From contig CM121341.1 in NCBI GenBank assembly GCA_051530055.1, forward strand, positions 1,364,001 to 1,428,000: DNA of 64,000 bases, read 5' to 3'. This document shows, in pieces, positions 60,160 through 64,000 of this stretch (positions within the stretch are counted from its first letter, which is position 1; every line of letters starts with the position of its first letter). The notes beneath the pieces were generated by a model. That model was given only the letters and a program-made list of their open reading frames with translations. It had not been told where the DNA came from and did not search any database. This DNA is from Neoechinorhynchus agilis. Taxonomy: Eukaryota; Animalia; Acanthocephala. Made by a program: the position numbers and the translations under genes.

Positions 60160-61240
60160 AGATCCCAAAGTTTTTGCACGGACTGAGAACTGCACCCGTC
60201 TTCGCGTGCAAGGATGATCTATCGAGTCTGGGTGATTTTCTTCGGAATAAGCTCAGCCAAATCGTCAATATCGATTTCGACCATTCCTCGTGGAAACAAG
60301 TGAGTTACCCTCCAACTACGGAGGTTCAGGACTCAGACTCAAGAAGGAAGTCGCATTGCCGGCCTTTCTTCGATTTCGACTAGTCGAGAGGACTCCCTTA
60401 AGATCGATCCGGAGTCCAACGGAGAGCATTTTAATAATGCTCTCTCCTTATGGGCCACAAAAGTAGGACAAGCCATAATACCCCAGAAGTCCAAAAAGCA
60501 GTAATCGCGGGACTTACCGATGGTGCAGAAGGTTCACAAATCACTTCTATACCAACTGGACGAGAGGTCACGTTCGCGTCACATGGCTTGCTCGACGGAG
60601 TCCGGAGCCTGGCTAGAAGCTATCCCGGCCGAAAAGTTGGGTACTCTTTTGGACAACGAAACATTCCGGATAGCTTTCTCTTTGAGATTGGGTGCTCCCA
60701 TCTGCTTCCTACACAAATGTCGCTGCAGCTCGCAAGTAGACGCCAAAGGATTACATGCCCTATCATGCATTCGGTCAGCCGGACGGTCGCCTAGTCTTGC
60801 CGAAATCAACGCGATCCTGAGTAGAGCCCTGAACTCCATCAACATTCCAAACACCTTGGAGCCGAGCAATTTGTGCAGGTCTGACGGTAAGCGCCCAAAT
60901 GGTGTATCAGTCTTCCCTTGGAGCCGAGGGAAGTGCCTCTTATGGGATGCAACCTGCACCGACACCATGGCCAAGTCCCTTCACTGATTTAGCCAGTAAA
61001 TGCCCCGGCGCTGTAGCGACCGTAGCGGAGCGTCGGAAAGCGGCAAAATACGCTGAGCTGAAGGAGAGCTTCCACTTTGTGCCTCGCGGGATCGAAACGT
61101 TCATGGCCTTCGGAGAATCCGCACTTGAGCTGGTTTCAGCTATAGCAAGGAGGTCGGAGGCGATGAAAAGCGACCAGCGTGCTACAGCATTCCTTAAACA
61201 TCTCCCTAGCAGAACAATGAGGGAATGTTGTCACCGTGAG
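60160..61240 (+). mobile_element. CRE-like element, 3' half (divergent subfamily)
   Basis: ESGAWLEAIPAEKLGTLLDNETFRIAFSLRLG...HKCRC...HALSC, EPSNLCRSDGKRPNG, KCLLWDATC, RKAAKYAEL. Confidence 0.9.
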
Positions 61241-61696
61241 GAAAACCGCGGCTTCACAGAACATTATCTCCCAAAAACTTGTAAATTTTAATAAATTTAA
61301 CTCACAGGAAAAAAATAAAGACCTAAACAATAATTCTAATCATATAATCCAGTATCTTACATATCGACATTTTAAAATTTGATTGTTATTACATTCCAAT
61401 TTGACTCCTTTATATTCGCAACATCCGGGTCGGCGAACTCTTTTAATAATCATGACTCATTTAATAAATTGGGATAAACTCTGCTATCGCTTTAGCGCAT
61501 TCCCTAAACCCTGTTTTAATGCGAGATGGAATTTAAATAATATTATAAAAACTAAATTTAAATGACAAAATAATGCTGTGGAAAAATAACTTGCTAATAA
61601 ATCGCAAAAGTAATTCCGGTTTCCTAATTTCAGCAGGGTAGTATGCCCAATCGATATTATTGGAGAATAAATGCACTGTTTGAACATCTAGAGCTA

Positions 61697-64000
61697 CGTC
61701 CAATACAACCCAGAGAAGAGCTACACAGACGTTATCTGGCTCCGTGGCTCAAATCCTTTAAGGATGATATCCATCGTATTTCATCTATCAGCTATTTCGG
61801 AGGAATATTGAAAATCAGGTTTATAGCAGCGGATTTTATGAAGGTTTTTCTGGCCTTCATCAAGGAAAACTGCAACCTTGCAGGTGTAACAATTTCGAAC
61901 ACAAGTTATGAATCAAGCTTTATCGTTTGTGGGCTCTCTCCAGATATTGATGACGCAGATAAGATAGCGTTCGGGGAAAAATTCGGAGTCAAATTGCTCT
62001 TTTTCCTCAAGTCATCAAGAACGGAAAAGTTTATTCCCAAAACTATTGTAAAAGCTGCGGTGGAACGGAGGAACGTACTTTGCACTGAGCGATCCTTCTT
62101 CCAATCCATGGAGGTTAAATTTACTTCAGACGAGATTTCGCATTACGACGACTATTACTATCCTCGGTGCAGTGGGTGTCAATGTTGTGGACATTGGGAG
62201 AAGAGGTGCCCGCCCAAGGTCACGCGATGCGCTTTTTGTGGCCAAGACGACCACAGTACCAAATGTGACAAAAAGAAAAGGCACTGCTCAAACTGCGATC
62301 GAGATGGACATTGTGCGTTCTCGAAGAATTGTGAAGCATTTAAGGAATATGTTGGGTGGGCGAGACTGCTTGGATTCAACGGAAATAATTCATCCGACAC
62401 TCGAGTTGCCCAGAATAGTTGAAATGCGACAAAGGACAAACCCATAAGAGGATCTGCAACAACCATTACAACCATAAAAACATACCCAAGGCAACAACTG
62501 GGTACATCCAAAGATGTTAATAATCTACGAACGACTTATGATGACACCTTGGAAAAGAAGTTGGCTGATTTCTCCGCTAAAATCCTCGACATGGTCGATC
62601 TACGAATCACCGCGGCCATTCAGGGTCTTGAGAGGAGACTGTCTGCCCAGTTAAACGGTCTCATCGAAACTCTCTCGACAAAATTCAAAGATATTCAGAT
62701 CGCGACCGGGGTAGCTCCAGCACCCTGCAAACGCAGTCGAGCACTGGTTTCAAGTAGCAACGGTGTAGACGATGTGGATATGTACGAGGCCGAGGAGTTC
62801 GTGAGCAACATCATAAGCGAACAAACCCAGGTTTGTGCTGACGGGGTCCAAAATCTCATCAAGGGTAGGTCTCAATGGAATTGAGAATTGCGCAGTGGAA
62901 CGCAGGCGGGCTTCTAGGTATTCCTGACCTTTTGTCTGAAGCACGGAGAAGTGATATTACTTTTATCCAAGGAACTAAGTCGCTGTACTCTCGTAATAAC
63001 CTCCCGAATAGTTTTAATATTTTATCTAGTGAATACTCTTTATTTTGTACAAAATCCCTTTTAAACCACTCTCAAGGCTTATTATCCATTTTTAAACCTT
63101 GCCTCCAACCAACCCTAATTTCCGAGTTTACTTCCCCAGATTTGTCTTACGCTTTATTTTCAATACGTTTCTTGGGGAGGAAATTGCTCTTAGGTAATTT
63201 CTATGTTAAACCTAGGAAAATACACCTCACTCATAATAAAGATCTTATAAAAAATGTTTTAGCATCCGGAATTGACTTTTGCTTCGTAGATTTCAACGAC
63301 CCTTCTCACAAATGGATAAAGGCCATTTTACGTTCGGATGATACCCATGACCATATTGTCCCTGCGGATCCCACGTTTACGGACGGCAGGTCTCATTCTT
63401 TTCTAGATTTGTGTCTTGCTCGAAGTAACTCATTCGTTAAACCCAAACTGGTTTCTCAATCATCAATTTTCCGTATTGCTGGACATGATATCTTAGTGTG
63501 GGAATTGGGACGAAATATTCTGTTGAGCCGTAGATTTAAATTTTTAACGCTGCCATAAATTTTGCTTTCACTTTTGGCGCTTTTGAACGGCTCAAGGACT
63601 TAAATGAATTTGTGGTCACTGCTAGTGACTCGATTTTAACAACGGTCTCGAGAAGTATCGGGTCGGAAATGCAGAAACCAAGATTATTCTCCCTGTATGG
63701 CAGACAACTTTTTTTGCTAACACAATCGATGATCGGGAGTCGATTAAGTTTTGGTCCTCTTTATACTGGCCCTGTAGAACTCGATTTCAAATAGCTTGCG
63801 ACAATAAGCGAATTAGCTATTTTATGCCTTATTCCTCTCCTTGGTAGCATGTCGTTGCACCAAAAAGATTTTGTCCGTGGAAAAGGGCCGCAGCGAGTTG
63901 GATTAAAACCTCGGGGTGGGACAATGTTATTTGCGCACTTTGTATTGAACATTGTAATGGAGCAAGTAATGTCCCAGTCTTCAATAATTCTATTCAAATT
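61697..64000 (+). mobile_element. Second, 5'-truncated copy of the I/Jockey-group LINE; runs off the window
   Basis: Near-identical to ~30867-33170; homology starts at ccaatacaaccc. Confidence 0.93.

Overview
AT-rich eukaryotic genomic DNA, probably from an invertebrate animal with compact genes (inferred from metazoan-like BUB1/tRNA-Pro and short 32-60 nt introns; the species cannot be named). Recognisable host genes: the 3' part of importin-4, RPB12 and SPT5 (divergent pair), a penta-EF-hand protein, a multi-exon BUB1-family kinase with a ~167-bp satellite array in one intron, tRNA-Thr(CGT), tRNA-Pro(AGG), and a few orphan small or membrane proteins. Much of the rest is decayed retroelements: about a dozen CRE-like (RT + restriction-like endonuclease) fragments, RTE elements, two copies of an I/Jockey-group LINE, Penelope-like pieces and hammerhead-like motifs. 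The most unusual signal is a set of short stem-loop (terminal-inverted-repeat) inserts that interrupt importin-4, the PEF gene and BUB1. In importin-4 and PEF the homologue-length protein is restored only by a non-GT-AG excision, which suggests structure-guided non-canonical or Introner-like introns. Caveat: the assembly shows signs of indel noise (a garbled tract at ~33.62-33.76 kb, single-base frame breaks), so junction-level claims need RNA data. Repeat boundaries are approximate.
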